This document shows, in pieces, positions 28,851-38,151 of a stretch of 38,345 bases of DNA. This stretch comes from an uncultured Alphaproteobacteria bacterium. GTDB taxonomy: Bacteria; Pseudomonadota; Alphaproteobacteria; HIMB59; GCA-002718135. The stretch is from contig CACKQA010000003.1 of NCBI GenBank assembly GCA_902602135.1, forward strand, positions 1-38,345. Reading direction: 5' to 3'. The position numbers and the translations under genes were made by a program. How positions within the stretch are numbered: the first letter of the stretch is position 1; each line of letters begins with the position of its first letter. The notes beneath the pieces were generated by a model. That model was not told the DNA's origin. It did no database searches and worked only from the letters and a program-made list of their open reading frames with translations.

Positions 28851-29630
28851 TTAATTTTTTCTTATTGTTTCATTATAATGATTATTTAATACTAAAAGAT
28901 GTTGATAAGCTTCATGATCAAAGTCATCTTTAGCTACTTGATCTGTCTTAAAATTTTTATACTTATCTTCTCCTCTTACACAAATAGCACTATCACTTTT
29001 GCTTTTTAGTTGTTGCATATCAGTAGAAATAAATTGAAAATTTAATCCTATTCTTCTGTCATTACTAAAATTAGGTTGAGATGCGTGTAATGTTAGACCA
29101 TGATGAAAAGAAACTTCACCGGGTTCTAACGGACATGATACTGCTTTATTTATATCAATATCTTTTACAGTTTGACCTCTAGATAAAACATTATTTTTAT
29201 CTTCAGTTGAATGATGTTCAAAAAATCCATTTTTATGGGAACCTGGAATCATTTTCATACAACCACTTTGATCATTAGCTTTGGATAAAGCTAACCATGC
29301 ACTTACTTGTTTTTCATTATTATCAAAACCCCAATAGGTAAGATCTTGATGCCAACTTACGTGTGTTTTAGTGTTTGGTTCTTTTATTATAAAAGTTGCA
29401 TTATATAACAATATATTTTTACCAATTATTTCTTCGACAAAATCAAGCAATATTTTATTAGTTGCTATTTCATACACCCATTTCATTATTGTATAAGTTT
29501 TCACAATATAATGAAGTTTACCTAATTTTTTTTCTGAGTCTTCTAATTTATTTCTAAAAAAATTTGCTTCTTTTGCATTATAAATTTTTAATGGTGAAAA
29601 ATAGCCATTTAGATCATAAAAATCTTTCAT
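28851..29630 (-). CDS. PhyH-family Fe(II)/2-oxoglutarate dioxygenase
   Basis: WHQD, GCMxMIPGSH and HASQPNFSNDRR (HxD...H...R). Start moved to the ATG at 29630. Confidence 0.88.
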   Translation of the reverse strand: MKDFYDLNGYFSPLKIYNAKEANFFRNKLEDSEKKLGKLHYIVKTYTIMKWVYEIATNKILLDFVEEIIGKNILLYNATFIIKEPNTKTHVSWHQDLTYWGFDNNEKQVSAWLALSKANDQSGCMKMIPGSHKNGFFEHHSTEDKNNVLSRGQTVKDIDINKAVSCPLEPGEVSFHHGLTLHASQPNFSNDRRIGLNFQFISTDMQQLKSKSDSAICVRGEDKYKNFKTDQVAKDDFDHEAYQHLLVLNNHYNETIRKN

Positions 29631-29739
29631 TCTTAAAATATTATTTAAATTGATTATTAATTCAATAAAAATTGACAATAAAAAAACCAATTAAACAAAT
29701 AATTAATAAATCAAATATTAAAACAAATTCCATATTGGT

Positions 29740-29815
29740 TGTGACACTAATTCTTTATGGATAGAATACATTTACTCACTAAATATATATTGGTAGATTA
29801 GTGCCACATAATCTA
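29740..29815. repeat. Inverted repeat / long-loop hairpin element 2 (GTGACAC...GTGCCAC) with an alternative local hairpin
   Basis: TGTGACACTAAT (29740-29751) and ATTAGTGCCACA (29797-29808) form a 12-bp stem with one G-U on the minus strand. Competing hairpin TAGATTA-N8-TAATCTA at 29794-29815. Confidence 0.6.
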
Positions 29816-29862
29816 TGTACAAATTAATTTTGGCATAAATTGAGTTAAAAAGAGGCAAATTT

Positions 29863-30771
29863 ATGAAAAAAATCAGTTGGGTAACACACGAAGATTATGA
29901 CATTCCTCTGCCTGAAAATCATAAATTTACTGCCAGTAAGTTTTCAGATTTATATAATGAATTAAAAACTTCAGATTTTTATCATCGTGCAAACATTCTA
30001 AGTCCTCAAAAAGCAAGTGTTGATGAGGTTTCTATATGTCATGATTTAGATTACGTATTAAAAATTAAAAATGGTACTTTATCCGATAAAGAAATAAGAA
30101 GATTGGGTTTTAAATGGTCAGAAACACTTTCTAATCGTTCATTTTTAGCAATTAATGGAACTCTATTAACATGTAAAGAAGCAATTAAGAATGGTATAGC
30201 AAATCATTTAGCTGGTGGTACACACCATAGTCATAGAGATTTTGGTTCAGGATACTGCGTTTTTAACGACTTGGCTTATGCTTCATTACATTTAATAAGA
30301 ACGCATCAAGTAAAAAAAATATTAATTTTTGACACTGATGTGCATCAAGGAGATGGTACAGCTTCAATCCTTAAAGATAATGATAAAATTTTTACATGTT
30401 CTATTCATTGTAAAAATAATTTTCCATTTAGAAAATCAATAAGTGACATGGATGTTGAATTAGATGATAATTTAGAAGATAATGAATATTTAGAAATATT
30501 ATATCAAACTCTTAATAGTTGTATAAAAAATTTTAATCCTGATTTAGTAATTTTTGATACGGGAGTTGATATTCATAAGAATGATAAATTAGGAAATTTA
30601 AATATAACATCTGAAGGAGTATTAAAAAGAGACATTACAGTGTTAGAATTTTTTAAAAATAAATCAATTCCTATAGCGACAGTTATAGGTGGCGGATATT
30701 CAAATGATAAATTAGAATTAGCTAAAAGACATAGTTTAATTTTTAAAGCAACATCTATGGTTTTTAATTAA
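29863..30771 (+). CDS. Histone deacetylase family protein
   Basis: AGGTHH, GYCVFND, DTDVHQGDGT, D and GGGY zinc-site motifs; AGAGG SD. Confidence 0.9.
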   Translation: MKKISWVTHEDYDIPLPENHKFTASKFSDLYNELKTSDFYHRANILSPQKASVDEVSICHDLDYVLKIKNGTLSDKEIRRLGFKWSETLSNRSFLAINGTLLTCKEAIKNGIANHLAGGTHHSHRDFGSGYCVFNDLAYASLHLIRTHQVKKILIFDTDVHQGDGTASILKDNDKIFTCSIHCKNNFPFRKSISDMDVELDDNLEDNEYLEILYQTLNSCIKNFNPDLVIFDTGVDIHKNDKLGNLNITSEGVLKRDITVLEFFKNKSIPIATVIGGGYSNDKLELAKRHSLIFKATSMVFN

Positions 30772-31175
30772 TTACATTTAGTAATAACTACTTGTATAGA
30801 CATGTCATTATAGAGATATTCAAAACAAAAATTTTTAAACGAATTAAAATGATTATTTATAATTTTTAAATTTTTTTTATTGTGATCAGAAAAAATATAT
30901 TCAAATATAATTTTTTCAACAATATCCTTAGAAAAAATTGGCATTGTAATTATTTCGCCATCATTAAATATTGATTTTAAATAAAATATATCTGAGTCAT
31001 TATTTACTTTAGAGAATGAATTCTTTTTTATCAGAAAAAGAACATTTTCATTCCAATCATTCTTTTGAAGATCAAAAAGTATTTTTAAATCATCAAGGTT
31101 TATTAATTTATTTGAATCTAAGGCATGAGTATTTAGTGATAAAAAAATAAAACATAAAAAAAGTAATTTTTTCAT
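30768..31175 (-). CDS. Secreted hypothetical protein
   Basis: Signal-peptide-like N-terminus MKKLLFLCFIFLSLNTHA. Confidence 0.6.
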   Translation of the reverse strand: MKKLLFLCFIFLSLNTHALDSNKLINLDDLKILFDLQKNDWNENVLFLIKKNSFSKVNNDSDIFYLKSIFNDGEIITMPIFSKDIVEKIIFEYIFSDHNKKNLKIINNHFNSFKNFCFEYLYNDMSIQVVITKCN

Positions 31176-31243
31176 AAAAACAAGTGTGAATTAAATAACG
31201 ATACTGATAGATATATTAATAATCTATTTATTTTCAAACATTT

Positions 31244-32098
31244 ATGAAAACAAGAAATAAGGGTCTTATACTATCATTTGTTGGGGTTTTAATACTTAGC
31301 CCTGATAGTTTATTTATTAGATTAGTAAATTTAGATGATTTTAGTTTAATATTTTATAGAAGCTCTCTACCAATTGTTACGATATTAATTTTTCTCATTT
31401 ATACTTACAAAAGATCTTTTCTTAAATCATTTTATCTAATTGGTGTACCAGGGATAATCTATGCTATTCTCTATGCTATAACTCATATTTGTTTTGTATA
31501 TTCAATTCAAAATACTGCAGTAGCTAATACATTGGTTCTAATTGCATCAGCTCCCATTTTTGCTGCATTATTTTCAGTTTTTATACTTAAAGAAATACCT
31601 AGTCTTTTTACATGGATAGTGATTTTAATTGCTATGCTTGCAATGATAATCATTGGAATAGGAAGCTTTACAACTACAGGATTATATGGAGATATTATGG
31701 CTCTAATTGTAGCAATAGGAATGGGCTTTAGTATGGTTCTTGTTAGATTATTTAAAAATAAAGATTTGGTACCGGCATGTTTATTAGGATGTTTAATATC
31801 AACTCTTTACGCTCTACCATTTGGAATTAACTTTGATTTAAATAATGATCAAATTTTATTTCTTTTCATAATGTGCTTATTAATACTACCAATTCCATTT
31901 ATGATTTTAACAATTTCTCCTAAATTTGCTCCTGCACACGAAGTAGCTCTAATATTTTTATTAGAAAGTGTTTTAGGTACTGCTTGGGTTTGGTTTGTTA
32001 TAAACGAAATACCTCCTCTAAATACAATTATAGGGGGAGCCCTACTGCTTGGATCTGTTACAATATTTATTTATCAAACAACTAGAAAAACTAATTAA
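31244..32098 (+). CDS. DMT/EamA family transporter
   Basis: About 10 TM helices; ILKE and LLESVLG. Confidence 0.85.
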   Translation: MKTRNKGLILSFVGVLILSPDSLFIRLVNLDDFSLIFYRSSLPIVTILIFLIYTYKRSFLKSFYLIGVPGIIYAILYAITHICFVYSIQNTAVANTLVLIASAPIFAALFSVFILKEIPSLFTWIVILIAMLAMIIIGIGSFTTTGLYGDIMALIVAIGMGFSMVLVRLFKNKDLVPACLLGCLISTLYALPFGINFDLNNDQILFLFIMCLLILPIPFMILTISPKFAPAHEVALIFLLESVLGTAWVWFVINEIPPLNTIIGGALLLGSVTIFIYQTTRKTN

Positions 32099-32945
32099 TT
32101 TTTTTAATCTCTTTTCTTTCTCTAGTAAAAATATAAATACCACTAAATACAATCAAAAATAACCCTAGATAGATCCAAATATCAGGCAAATCACCAAAAA
32201 AAGCATATCCAACTAGTATATTTGTGGAGATCTCAAAATAGCCTAAAGGAGCTAGTTTAGAAGCTTCTCCAAGTCTTAAAGAAAGAATTATTAAAAAATG
32301 TCCTAAAGTTCCTATTGAAGCTAATGAGATGAGTAATAATAATTGTCTTAAATCTAAATTTATCCAGTAAAAAGGAACAATAAGAGATATTAAAATACAA
32401 CCTACGATACCTGTAAAAAGCAAAGTAACAACAGCACTATCTGTAAAAGATAATTTTCGAGTATAAATGATATAAAAAGCGTATGAAATTCCTGCTGCAA
32501 TAGCTGAGAAAGATGCGAAATTAATTTCTATAAAACCTGGTCTTATGATGATCATGACACCAAAAAACCCAATCAAAACTGCGATCCATCGGTGAATTCC
32601 AACTTTTTCTTTTAAATAAAAAATTGATAATATTGTCACTATTATTGGAGAGATAAAGGCAAGGGTTAAAGCTTCTGCTAAAGTTATAACTGAAATTGCA
32701 TAAAAGAAAAAAATGGTAGATAAAAATAAAAAAAAACTTCTAAATAGCTGTACTGAAATTGTTTTAGGAAAACTAATTTCTTTTCTAAAAAATATAAATG
32801 CTAATGGAAAACTAACTAAAAGCATAAAAAAATATCTACCCCAAACAACTTGTATGAAATGTATTTCTGAAGATAGATATTTTGCAATACCATCCATGAA
32901 AGGTAATAATAGCCAACCTGATATATTAAGAATATATGCTAACAT
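32091..32945 (-). CDS. DMT/EamA family transporter
   Basis: LKEKVGIHRW, IRPG and LAPLGY. Confidence 0.88.
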   Translation of the reverse strand: MLAYILNISGWLLLPFMDGIAKYLSSEIHFIQVVWGRYFFMLLVSFPLAFIFFRKEISFPKTISVQLFRSFFLFLSTIFFFYAISVITLAEALTLAFISPIIVTILSIFYLKEKVGIHRWIAVLIGFFGVMIIIRPGFIEINFASFSAIAAGISYAFYIIYTRKLSFTDSAVVTLLFTGIVGCILISLIVPFYWINLDLRQLLLLISLASIGTLGHFLIILSLRLGEASKLAPLGYFEISTNILVGYAFFGDLPDIWIYLGLFLIVFSGIYIFTRERKEIKKIN

Positions 32946-32950
32946 TAATT

Positions 32951-33352
32951 TTATTTAAAAGATGATGGATCGCAAATCTTACAAATTAAATCTCCAATTG
33001 ATTTTTTAGGATTATAAGTTTGATAGAAAATATCTTTTGTAGAAATATTATTTTCAGATAAATATTTTTCTATTTCCCAATAATACCTTAAACATTTTGA
33101 ACATTGTGCAGCATTTACTTTATGTGATGGTTTATATATTTCATTCCAAAGTTTGGACATTTCATTTTGTTTATCAGATGAAATATTTTCTGAAATAATT
33201 GATGGAATATCCACAAAACATTTAGCGCATTGAATTTCGGATGTTACATTCTTATATGGTCCATCTTTATAATTTTTTCCTATAGTGGTTTTACCAATAT
33301 ATTTATTTGAATTACAATTTGGACAAAAAAAATTGATTTGATTGCTATGCAT
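32951..33352 (-). CDS. Hypothetical protein with four CxxC motifs (double zinc ribbon)
   Basis: CPNC, CAKC, CSKC and CKIC. Confidence 0.65.
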   Translation of the reverse strand: MHSNQINFFCPNCNSNKYIGKTTIGKNYKDGPYKNVTSEIQCAKCFVDIPSIISENISSDKQNEMSKLWNEIYKPSHKVNAAQCSKCLRYYWEIEKYLSENNISTKDIFYQTYNPKKSIGDLICKICDPSSFK

Positions 33353-33416
33353 TTTATTCTATGAATAAATTTTCATAACATTTATAAATAAAGATTAGTA
33401 TTATTATTTATTTATA

Positions 33417-34292
33417 ATGAACCTATATCTTTCGTATCTATTTATTTTTTTTTGGAGCAGTGCTTTTATCAGTGGTCAATTTATAGTTCAATCAGCAAGC
33501 CCTTTTGCTGCATTATGTTTTAGATTTTGTATTGTAAGTGCATTTTTTTTAATTTTTTCTATTATTCTGAAGGAGAAAATAAGAATTAATCAAAAATTAA
33601 TTATTCAAGCTATGTTTACAGGAATTCTTTTTCATGGATTATATCTAGGAGGAGTATTTTTTTCCTATTCTGTTGGACTTACAGCAACATTATCAGCTTT
33701 GATTGTGTGCCTTCAACCAATTTTAACTAACATTTTAAGTGGACCTATTTTAAAGGAAAAAGTTACTTTTACGCAATGGATAGGAATATTTTTTGGTTTT
33801 TTAGGTACTATATTGGTTATAGGCTATGAGATTGGAACTGAAATCCCAACAATAGGTGTTGTTGCATCTATTGTTGCACTTCTAGGAGCAACTTCAGCTA
33901 CTATTTGGCAAAAAAAATTTACTCATGAAGTAAGTCTTTCAGTTAATAATTTTTATCAAGCATTAAGTGCTGGAATTTTTTTATTTATAGCTTCAATGTT
34001 TTTTGAAAAATCATTTATTAATTTTGATACACGTTTTATTTTATCAATTTCATGGCAAATCATAATGGTATCATTTGGAGCGTATGCAATTCTAATGTAC
34101 CTAATAAAAAAAGGAACAGCATCTAAAACGTCCAATCTCTTTTTTCTAGTTCCTCCAACTACAGCTGTAATGGCTTGGTTTGTATTAGGTGAAAAATTAT
34201 TATTAATAGATATTATAGGGTTGTTAATTTGTACTTTTGGTGTTTATATAGCAACTCGAACTAATGTGAGTAAAAATGTACATAATTCTTAA
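33417..34292 (+). CDS. DMT/EamA family transporter
   Basis: WSSAF, LQPILT, LKEKV and LVPP...LGE. Confidence 0.88.
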   Translation: MNLYLSYLFIFFWSSAFISGQFIVQSASPFAALCFRFCIVSAFFLIFSIILKEKIRINQKLIIQAMFTGILFHGLYLGGVFFSYSVGLTATLSALIVCLQPILTNILSGPILKEKVTFTQWIGIFFGFLGTILVIGYEIGTEIPTIGVVASIVALLGATSATIWQKKFTHEVSLSVNNFYQALSAGIFLFIASMFFEKSFINFDTRFILSISWQIIMVSFGAYAILMYLIKKGTASKTSNLFFLVPPTTAVMAWFVLGEKLLLIDIIGLLICTFGVYIATRTNVSKNVHNS

Positions 34293-34623
34293 GACGTTAA
34301 TCAGTGCAATTATAATTGTTGCTGTTTCAGAAATAGCTAAAAAATATACGTGGACTGCAGCAATAATTGTTTCTTTACCATTAACTTCACTATTGGCATT
34401 TGTTTGGCTGTATTGGGATACAAAAGACTCTCAAAAAGTTATAGAGCTTTCTTATAGTACAATTGTTATGACAGTTCCTTCATTAGTCTTTTTTATTGTT
34501 TTACCTATTCTTTTAAAATTCAAACAAAACTTTATTTTTTCTTTAATTGTATCAATAATTAGTACTGCAATAGCTTATGCTATTTTCATGTTTATAATTA
34601 AAAAATTTAATTTTAATTTTTAA
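34276..34623 (+). CDS. DUF3147-like small membrane protein
   Basis: VSEIAKK...SLPLTS pattern; 4 TM helices. Confidence 0.7.
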   Translation: MYIILKTLISAIIIVAVSEIAKKYTWTAAIIVSLPLTSLLAFVWLYWDTKDSQKVIELSYSTIVMTVPSLVFFIVLPILLKFKQNFIFSLIVSIISTAIAYAIFMFIIKKFNFNF

Positions 34624-34798
34624 TAATATTCTCTTTATTCATTAAAATTGGTCTTCCATCATGGGCAGTATTTAATGGATAATAATCACCATTATATTTG
34701 ACACATAATGTTAAACCATTTCTTTTTTCTTTACCTAAATTTACCTCTAAATCGACTATTACTAACTCAGTTTTTTCTAAAACTTTAATAATTTTCAT
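34613..34798 (-). CDS. Small hypothetical protein
   Basis: 61-aa ORF with AAGGA SD upstream. Confidence 0.65.
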   Translation of the reverse strand: MKIIKVLEKTELVIVDLEVNLGKEKRNGLTLCVKYNGDYYPLNTAHDGRPILMNKENIIKN

Positions 34799-34858
34799 AA
34801 CTATCCTTTCAAAATATATAAATATATTTAGTAAGTACTATAAGATGTATCAAGTTTT

Positions 34859-35650
34859 ATGATTAGAGTTTTACTAATATTTATTTTAATATTTTTGATT
34901 AAGAGTGCTCTGGCAAATAAATATATAACCATAGCAAGCACAACTTCAACTCATGACACAGGTTTATTAGAATATCTCAATAAAGAATTTGAAAATAAAT
35001 ATAATATAAAAGTTAGGGCTCTATCCCTAGGAACAGGGCAGGCAATTAAAGTTGCAATGGATGGAAATGTTGAAATTTTATTAGTCCATCATAAAAAATC
35101 AGAACTAGAATTTATGGAAAATGGGTATGGCATCTTAAGACATGATTTAATGTACAATGATTTTGTCTTAATAGGGCCAAAAAAAGATAAAAAAAAATGT
35201 TCTTCAATTGAAAATAAAATGATTGAAATAAAACAATCTGAATTATTATTTATATCTAGAGGAGATGAAAGTGGAACACATAAAAAAGAAAAAGAACTTT
35301 GGGAATTATCAAATATAAATATACCAGTACAAGAAAATTGGTATCTCAGTGTTGGTCAGGGAATGGGATCGACATTATTAATAACTAACCAAAAAAAAGC
35401 TTATACCCTTAGTGATCGTAGTACCTGGATAGCTTTTAATGAAAAAGAAAATCTAAAAATTGTTTGTGAAAATTTACCGCCATTATTTAATCAATATGGA
35501 ATAATTTTAGTGAGTAATAAGATAAATAATAATTTAAATATTGAAACAGCTGAAATATATATTAATTGGATAACATCAGGAGAAGCAAAAAAACTAATTA
35601 ATAATTATAGAGTAAATGGCAGGCAACTTTTTTATTTTAATTATAATTAG
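34859..35650 (+). CDS. tupA: Tungstate ABC transporter substrate-binding protein
   Basis: Signal peptide; STTS (TTTS-like) motif, GTGQA, MYNDFV, SRGDESGTH and GQGMG. Confidence 0.85.
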   Translation: MIRVLLIFILIFLIKSALANKYITIASTTSTHDTGLLEYLNKEFENKYNIKVRALSLGTGQAIKVAMDGNVEILLVHHKKSELEFMENGYGILRHDLMYNDFVLIGPKKDKKKCSSIENKMIEIKQSELLFISRGDESGTHKKEKELWELSNINIPVQENWYLSVGQGMGSTLLITNQKKAYTLSDRSTWIAFNEKENLKIVCENLPPLFNQYGIILVSNKINNNLNIETAEIYINWITSGEAKKLINNYRVNGRQLFYFNYN

Positions 35651-36614
35651 TTAAATTCAACCAAGTTTTTTTATCAATATTTGAGCCACATAAAATTATC
35701 ACTGTATTTTTAGCTTTGATTTTATTGTTAATTTTATATTTTAATGCAGCAAGTCCAGCAACACATGCAGGTTCAAGAAATAATTTAAATTTTTTATAAC
35801 AAAAAACCATGAATTCTCTCATTTCATCATCAGAGACCGTTACCATTTCATCAATTACCTCTTTTGCCACATCAAAAGAATATTGCATATGTAAAGGTGC
35901 TGAAAGGCTGTCAGCAATACTATTTACATTAACATTATTTAGTGGTTTTTTAGCTCTAAAACTTTGATTTAAACCATTAGCATTTTCAGGCTCAACACCA
36001 ATAATTTTAATCTTAGGATAAAATTGTTTTACATACGATGAAACACCACTTATTAATCCTCCTCCTCCAACTGAAATTAATAAATTATCAATTTTAGTGT
36101 TAATTGATTTTAAATATTCTACAATTTCTAATCCCAAAGTAGCACTACCTTGTAATGTCAATGGACCGTCAAAAGGGTGAATAAAATAGTAACCTTCATT
36201 TTTAGCATTTTCAGCATCAATAAAAGCTTGTTTTGGATTTGTAAAAATAATGTTAGCACCATAATTTTTACAAGTCTGAACTCTATATTTATTTGCACTT
36301 TCGTATAAGAAAATTTTATTTTTCAATTTAAATTGGTTGGCCACAAATGAAGCAGCAATTGCATGATTTCCAGCACTAACTGCAGTAATTCCTTTTATAA
36401 ATTTATTCTGATCTTGAGAAATTATATTATTAACAGCACCTCTTGCCTTAAATGAACCAGATTTTTGTAAAAATTCGCATTTAAAAAATAAATTAGTAGA
36501 AAAATAATTATCAATATCATCAGGACACTTTAAAAAAGGGGTTTGATTAATAAATGGTTTAATTTTTTTATAAATTTTACTAATATTATCGACAGATAAA
36601 TCTTTAGGTATCAA
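35637..36614 (-). CDS. PLP-dependent threonine/serine dehydratase-family enzyme (fold type II)
   Basis: KCEFLQKSGSFKARG, SAGNH, VGGGGL and CGSN. Confidence 0.85.
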   Translation of the reverse strand: MIPKDLSVDNISKIYKKIKPFINQTPFLKCPDDIDNYFSTNLFFKCEFLQKSGSFKARGAVNNIISQDQNKFIKGITAVSAGNHAIAASFVANQFKLKNKIFLYESANKYRVQTCKNYGANIIFTNPKQAFIDAENAKNEGYYFIHPFDGPLTLQGSATLGLEIVEYLKSINTKIDNLLISVGGGGLISGVSSYVKQFYPKIKIIGVEPENANGLNQSFRAKKPLNNVNVNSIADSLSAPLHMQYSFDVAKEVIDEMVTVSDDEMREFMVFCYKKFKLFLEPACVAGLAALKYKINNKIKAKNTVIILCGSNIDKKTWLNLTNYN

Positions 36615-37354
36615 GAAATTCCTCTAATTTCTTTAATTTTATCGTAAGCAATATTAATCGCTGCTAACTCTTTATTAGATTGTTTAATAAATTCTTTTGG
36701 CATACCTTTGGCAATTAAATTGTCTGGATGATGTTCTTTATTTAATTTTATCCATTTTTTTCTTATCTCACTATCAGTGCTTGATCTATTTACACCCAAA
36801 ATTTTGTAAGGGTCAGATTCACTATTTTTTAAATTTGATTGGAAAATTCTTTGGAAATCCTTTTCACTAAATTTAAAAGATTTAGAAATTGATCTTAAAA
36901 AATCTATTTCGCTAATAGATATCTTTCCATCAGATGCAGCAATATAAAATAAATTATTTAATAATTCTTCCAATAAAATTTTATTAGCTGAAAATAAATC
37001 CCCTACTTGATTTGCTATTTGTTTATAGCCATACGTATCTTTTTTTGCCTCATTAAATATTTTTGCAACTTTAGGAATTTCAGATTTTGGAACTTTAAAT
37101 TTTTCTTTAAATGCCCTGATTTCATCATCTGATACAATGCCATCTGATTTAGCTAATTTTGCAGCTAAAATAACAAAACTTAATGTAAAAATTTGTTGTT
37201 TTTGATTATTATTTATTCGATTGAAGTTAAATGATGATTTTGATTTAGACCTTCTATCAAATGCACCGCCAGCCATTACACCTAAGATAGCCCCTATAGG
37301 TCCGCCTAAAGCAAATCCTGCTGCTCCTCCTATAACTCTACCCCAAATACTCAT
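36611..37354 (-). CDS. djlA: DjlA-type co-chaperone (TerB-like + DnaJ domain)
   Basis: Gly-rich N-terminal anchor, AKLAKSDG, DPYKILG and HPD. Confidence 0.85.
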   Translation of the reverse strand: MSIWGRVIGGAAGFALGGPIGAILGVMAGGAFDRRSKSKSSFNFNRINNNQKQQIFTLSFVILAAKLAKSDGIVSDDEIRAFKEKFKVPKSEIPKVAKIFNEAKKDTYGYKQIANQVGDLFSANKILLEELLNNLFYIAASDGKISISEIDFLRSISKSFKFSEKDFQRIFQSNLKNSESDPYKILGVNRSSTDSEIRKKWIKLNKEHHPDNLIAKGMPKEFIKQSNKELAAINIAYDKIKEIRGIS

Positions 37355-37599
37355 CTTAAAGATTCAATAATACCTTTTAATTCATTTATCTCATTTTGAG
37401 AAATTTTATTATCTTGATTTAGATCTATAATTTGAAAGAGTAGATTTAATGATTGTTCAATTTCTTCATATGAGATAACTCCATCATTATTTAAATCTAC
37501 AAAGTTAAAGTACATTTCTTCTTCTTCATTTAATTCAGAAGAATATGCATTTGGAGAATATAAAAATAAAAATATAAAGAATATTTTTATCCAAACCAT
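37351..37599 (-). CDS. Small secreted EF-hand protein
   Basis: Signal peptide; canonical loops DLNNDGVISYEE and DLNQDNKISQNE. Confidence 0.75.
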   Translation of the reverse strand: MVWIKIFFIFLFLYSPNAYSSELNEEEEMYFNFVDLNNDGVISYEEIEQSLNLLFQIIDLNQDNKISQNEINELKGIIESLR

Positions 37600-37814
37600 C
37601 TGTACATTCCTATAATACCTGCACCTGCGTAGAAAAATTGTAAAAACAATATTCCGTTGTGTTTTAATTTATAAGCCCACATTCCAATTAACAATGCTGA
37701 AAGCAATAATAATGAAAAGCCAATAAATTCTAATCCAATGTTAAATGCAACTAGTAGGGAATAAAGGATGGCTGTAGTTACACCAATCCATTCTAAAAGT
37801 TTGTTTGAATTCAA
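37587..37814 (-). CDS. Small membrane hypothetical protein (3 TM)
   Basis: Hydrophobic 75-aa ORF tightly packed between cspA and the EF-hand gene. Confidence 0.7.
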   Translation of the reverse strand: MNSNKLLEWIGVTTAILYSLLVAFNIGLEFIGFSLLLLSALLIGMWAYKLKHNGILFLQFFYAGAGIIGMYRWFG

Positions 37815-37821
37815 TTAAATA

Positions 37822-38025
37822 TTATTTTTTCTTAATATTAATAGCGTTTTCTTTTCCACGGTTTTCACCGATTTCAAATTCAACTGGCATACCTTCTTCT
37901 AAGGTATCAATACCAGCGGCTTCTAAAGCTGAGACATGAAGAAAAACATCTTTTCCTCCATCATCATTTTCTATAAATCCATAACCTTTGGTCGGATTAA
38001 ACCATTTAATTTTACCACTTGGCAT
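37822..38025 (-). CDS. cspA: Cold-shock protein
   Basis: KWFN, KGYGFI (RNP1) and DVFLH (RNP2); AAGGAG SD. Confidence 0.95.
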   Translation of the reverse strand: MPSGKIKWFNPTKGYGFIENDDGGKDVFLHVSALEAAGIDTLEEGMPVEFEIGENRGKENAINIKKK

Positions 38026-38151
38026 ATTATATTCTCCTTATTTATTATTGGGGGATTAAAATTATTTAACTTATATAAATATTGTATATTGATTAATTGA
38101 ATACTTTAAATAACTAATAAGAAATTAATTTCAAGAATTTTTTTTATTTTT

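Noticed and set aside
29631-29690. N-terminal extensions given by the ORF track for PhyH (also 8229-8267 and 23847-23873)
   Set aside because: Low-complexity or overlapping extensions; downstream ATGs fit family starts and gene packing better.
11916-32958. Short ORFs 11916-12131, 12994-13176, 13933-14142, 17995-18219, 21689-21877 and 32713-32958
   Set aside because: Antisense overlaps of well-supported genes; no SD or family signal.
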